A stretch of 64,000 bases of DNA from Ptychomitrium polyphyllum. Its lineage: Eukaryota. Positions 1 to 13,874 of the stretch are shown in pieces. Location of the stretch: assembly GCA_973851085.1 (NCBI GenBank), contig OZ316775.1, forward strand, positions 13,702,001-13,766,000. The letters run 5' to 3'. The number at the start of each line of letters is the position of its first letter. Position 1 is the stretch's first letter. The notes beneath the pieces are model-generated. The model was given only the letters and a program-made list of their open reading frames with translations. It was not told where the DNA came from and did no database searches. The position numbers and the translations under genes were made by a program.

Positions 1-1539
1 TAACGAAATATATGTTCAATGTCTCCAAGAGTGCTATAGCTATCAAACTGATCAATCTCGAAAGCATCACTGGAAGCTCACCAAGGCAGTGCAATCATCA
101 GGGATGCTTGGATGTGGTATAGCAACATTGATGTCGATGGCGTTTGCAATACCCGGCGGTACCACTGCATCATGGAGTCGACGACATCAAGTTGAACATG
201 GAAAGACAAATGGCGCAACGCTGTCCGTACTTAAGGATTAGGAACGTTTAACGAGGAAGTCTTAGCTCTATCTCTGCAGCTTCTGAATTATTAGATTACC
301 TACTTTAACAGACAAAATAACATGGAGCCATCTGCACTTGCAGCATGTTTGCGAAACGTCGGAAATATCAAAAGCTCCTGAATCTCGAAAATGTATGGTG
401 TAGTATCTGACTCAGGAATCAAATAAAGTTCCCACCCTTGAAGGACTATGAAGAGAATGAGTGAGTTGCAGGAGAAATCCTTTGCAATTTCAGAACAGAC
501 TAGAGCGGTTAAAAACATACCTCTCAAAAAGTATGATCTCCATGAGATGCTAGCTATGCGAGAGGGCTTTTTCCCCCACTTTGTAAGGCGAAATAAAAGT
601 GATATGATTGCTTGCGTGATGAAGAAGAGAGCTTGCAGCAACCTTGGTGCTGGAAAGTTCGCCAGCCTGTCTCCTAGTTTTGAGGTTTTGTATCTGCACT
701 TCCCAGAAACAGCATTTCGCTGTAGAACAATGAATCACCTAAAAGTCTAATAAAAAGTGAACAATTACATTCTGAACAATGAAGCCCATGCCTAAAGAGG
801 ATTGTCCAAAGCTACTTGAAAGATGAAGAAGTAAACTATGATTATCTTCCTGCCAGGATAGATTGTCCAAGCCTCATATTGTAAACAGTAAGACTAGAGT
901 ATATGCACTTTTACAAAACAATCTACATAGGGGTTGCGATGTTTTTCGCACTTCGTACAAGATCAGGAAGGAAAAAGGTTCGACTTACCCTTCTTGTAGA
1001 GCAAAGGCTAGGTACCAGAAGGCAACATATATAACTGTCTTGCCAACAGTTTCCTTGGCGAAACATGATTTGCACAAAGCGCCTGGACGCGCGTCCTCTT
1101 TCAGCGATCCATAGTGAAAACCAACATGAGGCATTTCTTTAGCTGCATCATAAACTTCATGTGAGAACGCAAAGACTATTGTCAACTGCCAGCTTTTATC
1201 GAGAGATTGGAAAACATTACTGGTTTTCAGACTTGAAAAAGACAGGATCAACAGATACATATGGCATATACTTAGTATTTAGGGTTTCATTTATAGGTTT
1301 TGATGCTTACTTGGTCTGCCCGGAGGTGGAGGCGGCTCTTCCTCTTGGGGGGGCGCCTCCGGAGACTGTAGTAGCCATGTCAATATCTTCTTCCTTCTTT
1401 CCGATGCTATCAACTGCAGACCCTCGTCGCAACGCACACATTTCTGGACGAGAAGAGTATGGAGCTTACGACGCTGCGAGCTTGACGCTGTTGGTCCACC
1501 ATCGCGAGATTCCTCCGACAGTACCTCGTTCTCTGCCAT
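1..1539 (-). CDS. Diverged tandem paralog of the sugar-phosphate/phosphate translocator (TPT/SLC35C2-like); 5' part only, runs off the left edge
   Basis: Exons 989..~1230 (…VGKTVIYVAFWYLAFALQEG), 521..693 (YKTSKLGDRLANFPAPRLLQALFFITQAIISLL…ISWRSYFLR) and 82..164 (VVPPGIANAIDINVAIPHPSIPDDCTAL) align, with the same intron phases and GT-AG borders, to exons 1-3 of the gene at 3783..8661. The N-terminal exons and start codon (ATG at 1539, or the MATTVS ATG near 1379) are uncertain. Confidence 0.75.
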
Positions 1540-3782
1540 GCAACATTACCACCGCACATATGAGAATACTTCTTCCATTAAGATCTTGCAAAATCATTTC
1601 GTTATTAGCAGCTTGGTATACTAAGTCTAAAAGTTAGCGGCAGAAGCAAGAGCCTCAAATTTAAAAACCGCAACGTCGTGTGCCACTGCAGGCACCGAAC
1701 TATACAACTTCACATTTAGCCCTAACAGAATACGAGAATCACATTGCAGCAAAATGATTGCATCACAAAGCTATGGTTCCCTCGTAGAGCTCTGTGAGGT
1801 CCGTGACCTTCCTTGCACAATCTTCTGACGACATGACCACATAATTTAGCATGTAAAGAAACAGTGGGGAATTTCCCTCAACTTGCATTCATGCTCGTCG
1901 GACTGCCGTGCAACTTCCTCGTAGAATGCTACGGCATCGTTGTCTGCTTCATGCGATACTTGCAGAAGACTTCTCTAATCCCAGTGCGGTGAAGATGCTC
2001 TGGTGACAAATTTCACCAAATTTCAGCAACATCCAGAAGCTGCCCGCCATGCTGAAAAGCAGAGAAGATTTTAAATCTCGCTGACTGACCAACATAAATG
2101 CTAATGGCGGCCCTTCCTTTCAACGAGCTGACACCAGAATAAACAACATCTTAAGGTGTTTTCAATATGTCATCGTGACCTAATTGACAGTTCAGAAAAC
2201 TGAAATGTTACATACACCTACAAGTTGCACACAGAGTCGATCACGTATGCACTTCAACGTCTAACATAAGCCGCCATTCAGCAAACTAGATAATACTGCA
2301 AAAGCAGCTTCAACGGACAGGAATAACCGGCAGCTACTTATACAATAGACGCACAATGAGGATTCAAGGTCAAAATTCGACAACTCCGCACGTGCAACCA
2401 TAGACTCATGAATCACCTCAAGATAGCCAAAACATCAATGCACGAGTGTAAGACCACTTGCTCACTACAGAAGTGCCACAGTATCCATCAGCGCTTCGTG
2501 CAAACCTATGTGAAGAAATTATGTCGTGAGTCGCAAACGTAGTATTGCCCGCTGCTGTTCTCTCCACCGCATCTTACTTTGGCAACGTCCAACCTGCATT
2601 GATCAGACGTCCGCATTGCCGGTTCCACAACTATCACTTAAGAAACTGAAACATGTAAGAATACTAGCAATCGACACTCTGTGATCGAGTGTGCAGGCTC
2701 TTCAACCATACCATGTGAACTACAATAGAATGAACTTAAAGATTGATATCGCAATTGACAAGAAAGAAAAAGAATGTAATTAGGGCTAATGCCGGCGCTC
2801 CTCACAAACCACTTGGGCAGTGTGAACCTGCCCTTGACTTACATAATATTAGGCACTGACTGACGATCGATTTAGCACACCACAGCGGCACAAACGAATC
2901 GCAAAGCCGAACCATGCCGAACTACGTCACCATACTTCTCCGTCTCCATTACAGCTTTGGATGTTCTCAGTTCACCCGACGCTTTGTTGCGTTTTTGTAA
3001 GTTCGTTCGTCTCTAAGTACAGCAGTGGTGGATTAGGGCACTGCGTACTGAATGAAATCTAAGTCACTTCAACACGGGCGAAAAGATTCCTCCTCAAGCA
3101 CTTTAAAAACAATTGTATTCAACTTGACCCCAGAAAGCCCAGTTGGAAAGGGGGTTTCTAGAAATCGCTAAGTTTTTCAGAGCTCCACTAAAGGGATCTG
3201 CTGTAACTTGTAAGGCATCAACAGGTCAGTTCCATCATGAAGTCGGCTTCTGATGGTCAAATTGTGAAGCAACTAAAATACAAGTAGAACGTGCCTTTGA
3301 AGACATGTAACGTAGTACCGATAAATCATTATAAGAAACCAATACACTCTCAGATGCCAGGAGAATATCATCAACTTGATGATACCAAGAAAAAATTCAT
3401 GTACAATTGTGGTTACAAGCTGCTGCTGATAAACAATAGGCCTCATCATAACTGGACTCTACGTGGCTTTGGCCAAGCTGCCGATTGTGAGCTATTGAAC
3501 ATCGATACCATAACTACGAATCTGCATAACTGAGACTCCTACCAACTCGGCTAACGGATCATATTGAAGTGCTTCTGTGATCAATATTGGCATTCTACCT
3601 CAAGTTCTAACCCTAACTCTACCCTCGTGCCCTTCAGCTCACCTTCGTGCAATTCAGAAATTATTAACAAAACTGACCAAGAAAGAATGTCTTGCAAAAT
3701 AATCTCTTGGACAAACCAAGATGCTTAACTAAAGATGTACCTGCCCCACAATGCTGAGATATCTGTGAGCATTGGTCAGATG

Positions 3783-6700
3783 TTACAACACATGATCAAT
3801 GTCGTCTTCAAGTTCGAAGGTTCCAACAGTTTCGTCGTTGATGATCACATACTTGAGAGGACTTCGACTGCCTTCTTGCTGAGGTGCATGATTACCTAGA
3901 CCCCCTTCAACCAGCTTCTGATACCTGCACAAAATGAAAATTCCATCCTGAGGAATGTATACGTAGAAACCTATCTACAACAAAGCTATCCAAATTCTAA
4001 ACAACGATGAATCCTTTGCCGGTGTTCATCTACAAAAATGATTAATTCCTGACAATAAATATGTGCTACGTCCATGTTTTCGCGCAAAAGGGAGAAGACT
4101 TACTTGAACCAATTAAATAAGCTAACACCAATGATGATGACTACCAAGCCCATGCCCTTTAGCCACGTGAACTCATCATGGAAAAAGAAGACAGCAACCT
4201 GTGCATTGGACACACAATTCATACACCTCGTTACTAACCCTACAAGTGGGGCATTACCCAGCAAACAAATGGTCCCATATTCATGCATTGAACAGTAAGA
4301 ATTAACTGTAGGAAAATTAGTAAAAAACTGTGCTATGTTCATTTTTCTCCACAAGGTTCTCAGTAAGAATATCGTAATTACAGGTATATAATTTGAAGCC
4401 GGCAGGGTGCCTTGATTATTGACCACAGCAATGTAGATAACAGGCACTTTCTGACTTAATCAACTACTGCATTAATAGAAATGTGAAACTGCAGTATTAT
4501 ATCACACAGCACTTTGAAGCTGGAGGCGTCGTCTTACGACACAGTTAGTGACATAATTCCCATGTATTCCATGATGAACTTAAGTGTGATACTACACATT
4601 TGGCACACTTTCCCAAGCAGTAGTATACTTACCACAATGGTAACCACTTCCTTAACAACACCTGCAATGGTCAAAGTCACTGCACTTGTCTCAGCAATCA
4701 GAAAGTACTCGGCCATCACCTGCAAGAAATCAAAAACAACTAATCGTTAACATTGCAAACTGAGGCTAGTGACAACACAGACGAGCCTAAATGTGTGGTA
4801 TAAATTTAGACGGAATTCTGCGCGATCAAACAAGGACACTAAATGCATATCACATTTTGAACACTTTCTGGAATTAAAGATAATCAATGGGGCCATTTTT
4901 TTGAGTGGAAACAGTCTTATTCAGAGATTCTGAAAACATAATCACATGAATTGACGATGCGTTTGATATAAGTAGCCCATTGTTCCATTGATACCCATTA
5001 AGAAAATGTTCCGTGCATCCACTATGTCAAATCATATCTAGTCAAAGAAAAACCTGAAACATGATAAATGTACCATGAAAAAAGCAAGAGCGCCACCAAG
5101 CAGCATCAACACACAGCTTTCAAATATATGACGCGGGGTATCAAAGTAAGCCGTCGTACTCAGCTCATGCCAGGGCTCTATGGCTAATGAGAATATGAGA
5201 GTAATAAAGGCCATAACGGGAGTAAGATAACTCATTGCTGCGAACGGATTGCTCAAACCTGATTCAATCCAAGCAACAGCCACTTAATCAAAGCAGTCAT
5301 GTTACCCTTTTCGGTCACAACTAGCCTGCTCACAAATGAATCAGTTGCGTAGCGACCAAATTCGAGAACTTCAACCACAATGCTTACACAAGAAAATTCT
5401 AGCGAACCTTTACGAATCCCTTCTCAAAAGTAGCCAATACAACAAAACTAAAAGTAAAATTTATCAACCAACACAATAAGTACATGGCAGTAAACACATA
5501 CCATATTCTTCTTTCTGAATATGTTGGATGGTGATTTCCAATATCCAGATGCAGAAAGCAATGGGAAAACAGACCACTACACTGGTCAGAAAACTGAAAT
5601 CAGAGCCTTGACCTCACCAATTACTAAGTACAGTCTTGAAGAATTATTAGATATGTAGAAAACCTGTTCAATTCATAAAGTTACAAAAGAAGTTCAATTC
5701 TGCGGCTATGCAACTATAAGTGGCTGAGTACCTGCAAAAGAAGCTGCGTCACGGTCCATCGAAAACCCGACATAACAGTTGCCAACATCACAAGAATGAA
5801 ACCACGAACTTCAAATTCTGTCTCCTTTGCAACTGCACAGGTCAGGCATAAAAGATATGCACAGCATATGAAGTCGCTTGTAGTTACCAACAAAAGAATC
5901 GCAAAAATGGCCTACCAAAACTGGCGATTTAAAATCCTTTAGGACAACGTTTAGGACAATGTAATAATAAACAGGAGGTAGAACGTTCTACAAATTGAGG
6001 TATTAAAATGTTCACATCAAGCCCGGCATTCAAGATAAAGCAACACAACATACAAGAAACACCATTTGGTAGGTGCCAAAGACTTCATAATTTCAAGCCT
6101 ACTTGAATCCATTACTTATGGAAATAGAAATTGCAACAAAAGATGTTTATGTAGTTGAGCCTTCACAAGGCAACGCTATCCCTGCAGTAGAAACATATAC
6201 AATTCATAAGTTGAAACAATGTCGACTGATTCAAAAGAATAGAGCGAAGGCGGTCAGAATACCAGTGAGCATGACCCCCAAGGAGATTACTACAATGATG
6301 CCCATCAGCTTAAAACTTGGCACTTCCAATCTGCCAAAGTACAGTAATGCACTAGTAAGTAAGAAAAACGTTCTAGTATTTATTATCTGCTACGCAACAA
6401 GCAGAGAAGAATGATCAGAAAAATTTGAATGAACATGTTGCGCTCGCAAATATCAAGCTTACAAAGCAGATCTTTGACTAACCATAACGAGCAGTGGAAA
6501 TAGAGTAGTGGATCAAAAAGAGTTGACAAATCTACACTTGCTAAAGATCCTACTCCTGCTAACAAGATAAAAGACAACTGTTTCCTTACTTGAAAGCGAA
6601 TGCAAAGAGAAGAAGGAATACTGGAGCTCCAGATTTGACCTGTAGAATCGATCATGATGAGTGGTCACAAAACAGTCCAAGTTTACGACAATTTGCGGAC

Positions 6701-8661
6701 CTAAACTTCATGCTATGCACACCCTTTATGTCCGACCCAAACTTCATGCTTTACTGTGACATACTTGATACATGGCATTGAAAACAATTTGCCAAACGTT
6801 TCCCGAAGCTTACACCATTGGACTTAAAGAAACATCAACAAACAGAAACGAAATTCAGTGTGAAATAGAGAACCTTACCATAGTAGCAAAAGAAACAGAA
6901 ATAAATACAATTGAGATATTACTAAGGTCAATATCCAATGCTGTTGCAGCAGCCGTTGGAACCACTGTCGCCCCAAACAACACAAAAAATGTCATGTCAT
7001 GAACAAAATCACCGAAATTTCGCAGTAAAATCTACTGGATCCAGGTAAGATATGCAAATAGATGAAGGCAAAATTGTTCAAAGTTTTTTTTTTAAATATG
7101 TATCAGAAACTGCCTGTCCCGTATATATGACTCAAATAAAATTACAGACCACTAAACAGATGGAAATTTCGGCGGGACAATGTTAACCACATTCAAAAGA
7201 ACAACATAGGGCCATATGAATAAGCTAATTCAACATTGGAATAAAGTCTTCCGATATACTACAACCACTAAACACATGCGGTGGATCCCACTCAAATTGA
7301 TTGAAAGAAGGGAGAAAACCGATTTTTCTTGATATCACCTGGTCACCAGGTCCAAAAGGAGCAGGGTAAAGTAACTTGGAATTTAAAATTATAAATCCAC
7401 ACGGTTCGGACATGTAATAGGATCTGAGAATCATGGGGAAGGCAAAAGTATGTACCTCGAGTCAAATAATCTTTCCAAGTCATTCGAATGTGACTTTGAG
7501 TTTTCCCACACCAAAAATGTACAAGGAGTGATGATATAATGGCTTGCATGGAGAAGTGGATGGTGTTCATCAATAGAGGAGCTGGGAATTTACCAAGAGT
7601 CTCCCCCAGCAACAACTTGTTGTACCTAACAACAAACAAGATTATATTTCAACTCTTCATAGTGCACAGAAGGAAATTCTAGTACAGCAAATGACAAGAA
7701 AGCAATATTGAACAGTTACAGAGCTACTGCAAAAAACAATATTAGAAGGAAGAAGCATGTAAGACCTGGAATGGAGCAACAGCACTAAGACTGCGAAGAG
7801 AATCAAGGGGGGGATGGAAGGTTTAGAGGTAAGGACGGAAACTTACAGCGTAAGACAAGTGCTGAAGGTATACCAAATCAAGATGAAAAAGAGAGTCTTT
7901 ACGATAGTCACAATTAAAGGATTGCGCGATGGAGGGCGCAAATCCGAAACTACCTCGTCATTAAGAAAAGTGGTGTCATGGTCTCTGCCGCCACCACTAT
8001 TTCTACTCCTGGGAGACAATTCTACAGCATTCGCCTTTAGAGCATCGATAAGACTACCTTTCAAAACAGTTTCTTTGAAAGATTCGCCTCCTGCACCATT
8101 TTCCATTCGAGATGCTCCAGTGGACCTACCCCGGGACCCGTTCCTTCTCTTCGGCGTGGACTGTCCAGAGCCTCCTGAAGCGGAGGCCCCAAATTCTCGC
8201 TCAAAATCTTCATCTGATACTAATCCAACACCCCTTCCAACCAATTCATTCTGTATGAAAGGTGCTCGAGCTTCCGATAAAAACGCTTCTCGTGAAATTA
8301 GGTCATTTGCCTCTGTCCTCTGTACCCTTACTAGATTACGAGATACAAGCTCTTTCATAGCCTCCTTTAAATTGCCTTCTCGTCCACCCACATTGTCCAG
8401 TTTCTCTACAGGTCTTCGATCAGCAGCAACAGATGTCAAACCCGTGAATTCTGTTTCAAATGATAACCCTTCCACGTCCCCAATTGCAGGGCCAATTCCA
8501 CGCTCTACGCTATCTAGTTCATCTCGTTCGGCAAGCGCCACAGATGTCCTCGAAGTCCCAAAGTCCACAAGATACGTCTCTGGTGTGTCCGCTCCCGAAA
8601 GAAGGAAATCTTCCGTTCCAAGGGGAACCATTTCTAACCGCGTATCTTCCTTTTCTTCCAT
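3783..8661 (-). CDS. Probable sugar phosphate/phosphate (nucleotide-sugar) translocator, At1g06470/SLC35C2-like, 11 coding exons
   Basis: Exons 7847..8661, 7456..7625, 6879..6964, 6590..6639, 6263..6330, 5732..5832, 5502..5514, 5074..5258, 4633..4719, 4104..4198, 3783..3924 join in frame. Family motifs: WYTFSTCLTLYNK, FPAPLLMNTIHF, ATALDIDLSN, KSGAPVFLLLFAF, SGFRWTVTQLLLQ, TSAVTLTIAGVVKE. Stop TAA at 3783-3785. Confidence 0.92.
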
Positions 8662-11164
8662 TCTTGCCCTCCTCTAAGCCCCCTTCACAGCACGCTGGTG
8701 AATAGCACACCTGAAGTTCACTGAAACGCTTCCTGAAGAGGACACACAACACTATCTGTAAGGAATCCACCGACAAGTAAACACTCTAACTCCTAGCATA
8801 CGACCTCCCAGGTAACCTTATGAGAAAGACACTCCGGTGATCAAGCTCATTGCATTCGTTCAAATATTCTCCCCCTTCGCAAACCAGATATTAAAATCTT
8901 GAATGTTTCTTGAACATTCGAAGCTCGTCAGGTAAAGCACGCCATTTGAGGATACACAACCACAAGTTACACTCTACACCCTGTACACTATACAATCACC
9001 GTAGCCTCGATAGTCAACTGTTTAAAAATAACCGAGCCCGGCTTCCTTATATGGAACACTTACCCATAACTAAAACAAACTCTCAAAAGCCTGCACCGTA
9101 TTTACACCATTTTCTACCATTCAAGGAGAAGCTAATCGGCAACAAGCAGCGAAGTACGGGAAATGCAGTTCGGGACGAAACAACCATACTCAGAAACTTC
9201 AGCACCAAATTACAATGTGTATATCTACGAGAGCCCTAATTTCAAGCAGCAACAAGCCGCATTCGGAGCTGCTCTCAAATTTGACAGCAATGTCCCTGGA
9301 CGACTGCCAAACAGGAATGAGGATGCTATTGAATACCGGAGTGTATGACTATTTAGACTACTGCTTCGAAAACAACGATTGAAGTTCAAATTGCCTCCGA
9401 ATGTCCCAGACTTCGCGGGAAAGAACCACTCTCAATCCCAATTAAGCTGATAAATGCGCTATGTCAATCGTAGAAATCTCGTCGACACGGATCTAGAACA
9501 ATTGCCACTCATCACCATTAAAAATGACGGCATCGGAATCAGATTTAGGTCTCCCTATATCGTTAGAAACTTAGATCAAACCTGCACCACCAAATCCAAC
9601 ACAAAACACGAGGACTCCTTAAGCGCGGTTATCGTTCAACGACCATTCCCCAATTGACCAACGCAAAGCTCAAAAACCTCCCCCGCGCGACACACTGCTC
9701 TCTTCTACACTCCCGAAACTCCCAGAACACGAGCACCGCGACACCAAAACCTCCTACTTCTCTCACCACCACCGCGCCTGCTGCCTGCCCGTCTGCCTGC
9801 ATTAAGCCTATTAGGGTTTTGGAAACACCGCATAAACCTCTAGCAAAGTGACTCCCCCCCTCGAGATCCCCACACCTCATGGAATCAACCTCCTGCGCCC
9901 GAAGATGCACACGAACACTTAGCACTACCTGAGCATGCCGCGACGAGAACCAAACCCCGACCTCCCTTCATGGACACACTCCACAACCATCCCTACTCTG
10001 CTGTACTGCAGCCATTATGACACGCTCATCACCTGAGACGACCCAATCCATCACAACGCAGTGCACGCTCGTCACTGGTCCCCTAACCTCTCATCTCTGA
10101 GCCGCCCTCTGGCAAGCCGGCGCTAGCTGGATCGCAGCAAAAGCGGCAGCCATATCACTTCGTTGAGTTCCTTGGAGCGAGTGGGGAACTTATGCAACAA
10201 GTGAGACAGGCATGTGATAAGAGAGAGGAGAGTAGCGGAAAAGGAGCGGCAGCGCCCACCATAGCCCCGATGAATGCGAGCCCTAGCAACGCATCGGGGG
10301 AGTGGCGATAGGATCGATCGCCAGAGCTGCAACAAGACACGCGCTTCCAACGCAGGATTCTGTGCTGCAAGACTCCATAAAGCAAGTTCTGGTTGCCAGC
10401 AGCAAAGCAAACCAAAGCAAACCAAAGCACGCACGCACGCACGCAGCCCACTGCCCGTCATGCCCATCCGCAGGCTCCCCCCACACTGCCCTGCATTCAT
10501 CGAGGTTCATCCAAAAGGACGCCTCGCCCGATGACTTCCTTCCATTGAGTTGCTCTTTTCGTTCGCCTGGCCTGGTAATATTTGAATTATTGCGACGCTT
10601 TACTGAATTTCCCTCCCTGGATCCACAACTTGAAGTTTTGGCCCGTCAGACTCAGGGTGACTGGTACTGTGTCATTTCTGGTGGGGGTTATTTAACGTAA
10701 GTGCGACTAAATTATATGCACTGGCCTTGGGGCTGCAAGTCCAGATTGTACTGTACTGTCCTACTGTAGTGTCATTGGCACTGTAATTGACTCTTTTCTT
10801 TCAGTCAAGAATGGATGCTTGTGCTGCATGGTGCTGGGGTGGCCATGTCACTGCTGATACATGATACAATGTTTGTGTTTGAGAGCATGATGCCATACAT
10901 AGGAGCTTCAAAGGACTCTGATTGTGCCATGTGTCAGATTTTGGTGGCATGCATTGGGTACAGAGTTTGTGTCACTTGGTCTGAAACAAAGGAGTGTTCT
11001 TTCTAAAGCAATGGAGTTATTTGAGAGTTTGTGGGATGTCGAATAAATAGATTCCTTGTGTATGGTGAAACTAAAGGTGACAATTGGACCCAGTCTTTGG
11101 AAGGTTACATTCCACATAACATTACCTAAGAACCAAAAGTGGAGTTGGGTGGAGTACAAAGTCA

Positions 11165-12945
11165 CATCTATTTTTTATTTTAAAAATAAAATAAAAATTC
11201 CATTATTTTGAATATATTTAGGGTCATATTTAGAATCTTATTATTATGTATTTTAATAATTTGCTAAAACTCACATTGAATGTGAAAATAATTTTATATT
11301 TAAGTATAAAATCTTCATAAATGAAAATTTCATATAAATTGTTCCATTTGTTCCAAATTGCTTAAAGCCATGGTTTGGAAGAATCTATCTTAAGTAGAAT
11401 TATTTGTACACTTATCCATTTTTTCAATCAAAATTCTATCAAAGATCTCACTTTCTACTTTACATCATTAGTATTTATAATAGGAACACATACTTTAGTA
11501 TCATAGTTTTACTAACTTCATTACCATAGATATTTTAAAGCATGCATCTTAAAATCACCCTTCCATTTTTTGAAGTAAAAGTTGTAAGTTTGCAAACAAC
11601 TTTAATACATTCTTTCAATTTCTAAAATTAAAGTGAATTAGTTCAAACTTTTCAAATTAAAACTTTTCCAATTATATAGGTGGAACACTCTCTTATAACA
11701 AAGTTATCGGATTTGTTTAAAAGAACAACCTTCCGTTTTTTTAATGTATTATCACTAGAGGCACAAGTTTTGAAAGAAATTAAGAAGATGATGCATTTAA
11801 TTACCATATTATAAATTGAGTGTTGATTTACAACCATGCATATTGATGGTTATGAAATAAAATCATAATAAAAGAAGTGAAATCATGTGGAAAATATTCT
11901 ATTTAAAAAATAAAATAGAACTTTTAAGTATTAACTCTAATACCTTAATTTCTTATATTAGAATATTAATAGTGATTTTTGTATTTGGAAGATGGCATTT
12001 TTTTCTTACAAATTTTTTATTTACAAAAAAATATTTCCAAATCTTAATTATTGTATTATTTTTGTTAAATGGAATGATCAAATTTTTAATTCAACTATTC
12101 AACATGCATTAACGTAGATACATCTCTAATTGTAAGAAAAAATAAGAATAATGGTATTTATGGACATCTTTTTTTTGGTTATTTGATGTAAAATCTACTA
12201 GATAAAACCTTCATTTTTTTGGACTTAGTGCCTAAGAGTGGTTTATTTATTGAATTGAAGGAATCAACATAGAAAAAAAGAATATAAAATTGCAATTCAA
12301 GTGAATCAGTTTTTTTTTAATGTAATGAATATTTCTTTTGTAGTGGATATGCGTTTAAAATGAATTCATTAAATTTTGGATTTATCTTTTGAAGGGCCTA
12401 AAGCATATTACAAAATTTACATGTAGTATAATATGTAACATCTACAACTCAAAAAGAGGTCGTTGTAAAAGAAAAAATGTTAAGTATAATAAGGAGGAAT
12501 TATTTACAAGATTAAAAGTTTTGAAAACACATGAAATCTATGCTAAACTAATCTAAACCAACATTAATTCTTTGAAGATTTATCATAATTAAAAATTATA
12601 TTTTGAAATTTTGATTTTTCAAAAGTTATATTAGATATTTTGGATGTGTCAATCAAAACATGTGAAATAAAGTATTAAGAACATCTATAGTTTCTTCAAA
12701 TTATATAATTTCATATAATACAAAAGAATCTACTATTTTTATTATTTTATTACTTTTTAAATTTGATTATATATTGACAACCTTGATGTAATTGTGAAGA
12801 ATTCAATTTGAAGATGATTAGAGTTATAAGCCAAGGAAAAAATAAATTTCAAACAAACATATTTTTTGAATATCAAAAAGCCAAAATAAAAAACAATATT
12901 AATAAAAAAAAAGGTTTAATTGTTGGCCCTTCATAATAACAAGTT
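11165..12945. repeat. AT-rich island, probable degenerate transposon-derived sequence
   Basis: Abrupt switch to very AT-rich, CpG-depleted sequence between two divergent genes. No credible ORF, and no termini or TSD identified. Confidence 0.4.
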
Positions 12946-13874
12946 ACAATACCTTTAAGTGTGAAATTTTGAATAGGTTGCCAATACCGAAAACCGGCAC
13001 GGCACCCAAGACCAACCTACCTTTGGATGACATACACTTCGCCGTCAAAGTACGTAATTCCGCCAGGGACTGCATACAGCGAAATGTACGCGGATGCTCA
13101 ATAATTGGTCGGTTGTAGGGTAGATTGACGGGTTTGGGTAGTGCCGTCCCTTCGGTTCCCAGGTTCCCGGTTTTCATGATGTGGTGGAAAGGCTCCCCCA
13201 TTAAGGGGTTCAATCATGTGCTTGAACATCATGCGTGACTTTAGTTGCAATGTACCCGTCTAATAGATAAAGCGCTGGTGTTGGATGCAGTGACGGCTTT
13301 AAGTACTGGCCCCCCTTCAGGTTGGCAGTGGGAAGTTGGGAACAAGCATGGGAACATCGTCTCGCTCAGTCATGAAGCGGAGGCGTTGACACCCTGGGGA
13401 CGCTATCACCAGTCCTCGGCCGACATCACCGTTGATGCTCCGTTGCCGAGATACTGCACGTGCACGCGATTCCACTGCGCTGTAATGGAGCTCCAGCATT
13501 TACTCATCCGTGCGCTTCGTTTGAGCTTAGTCGGGCGTCATTTGATGCTGTATGGCGTTTTTGCAGCTGGGGCTTGACAACCAACTCGCCTCCTTCTTCT
13601 TTCGTGCGAATACCGCGCATTAAGGTCTGGACGCACGCGAGCGGGAGTGTCGTAGATGCATTCGGACGATTCGGTGACGTCTCTTGCGTTGAGCTGAATG
13701 GGAGCTGTGGAAACGAGCTTAGATTAGCCAGGTGATTGTGGCGGCAATGCATCTGTGATTGTACGACGATTGATGCTTGTGACAGGAGGCGCTAGTGGCG
13801 CGCATTCAATGGGATAGGAAGCGCCGCGTAGAGGTTCTGGTGGAGCCAGGGTTGAGGCGCAGAGGTTGGGTACA

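Noticed and set aside
7814..8677. 287-aa + strand ORF
   Set aside because: Antisense shadow of translocator exon 1; no independent family features.
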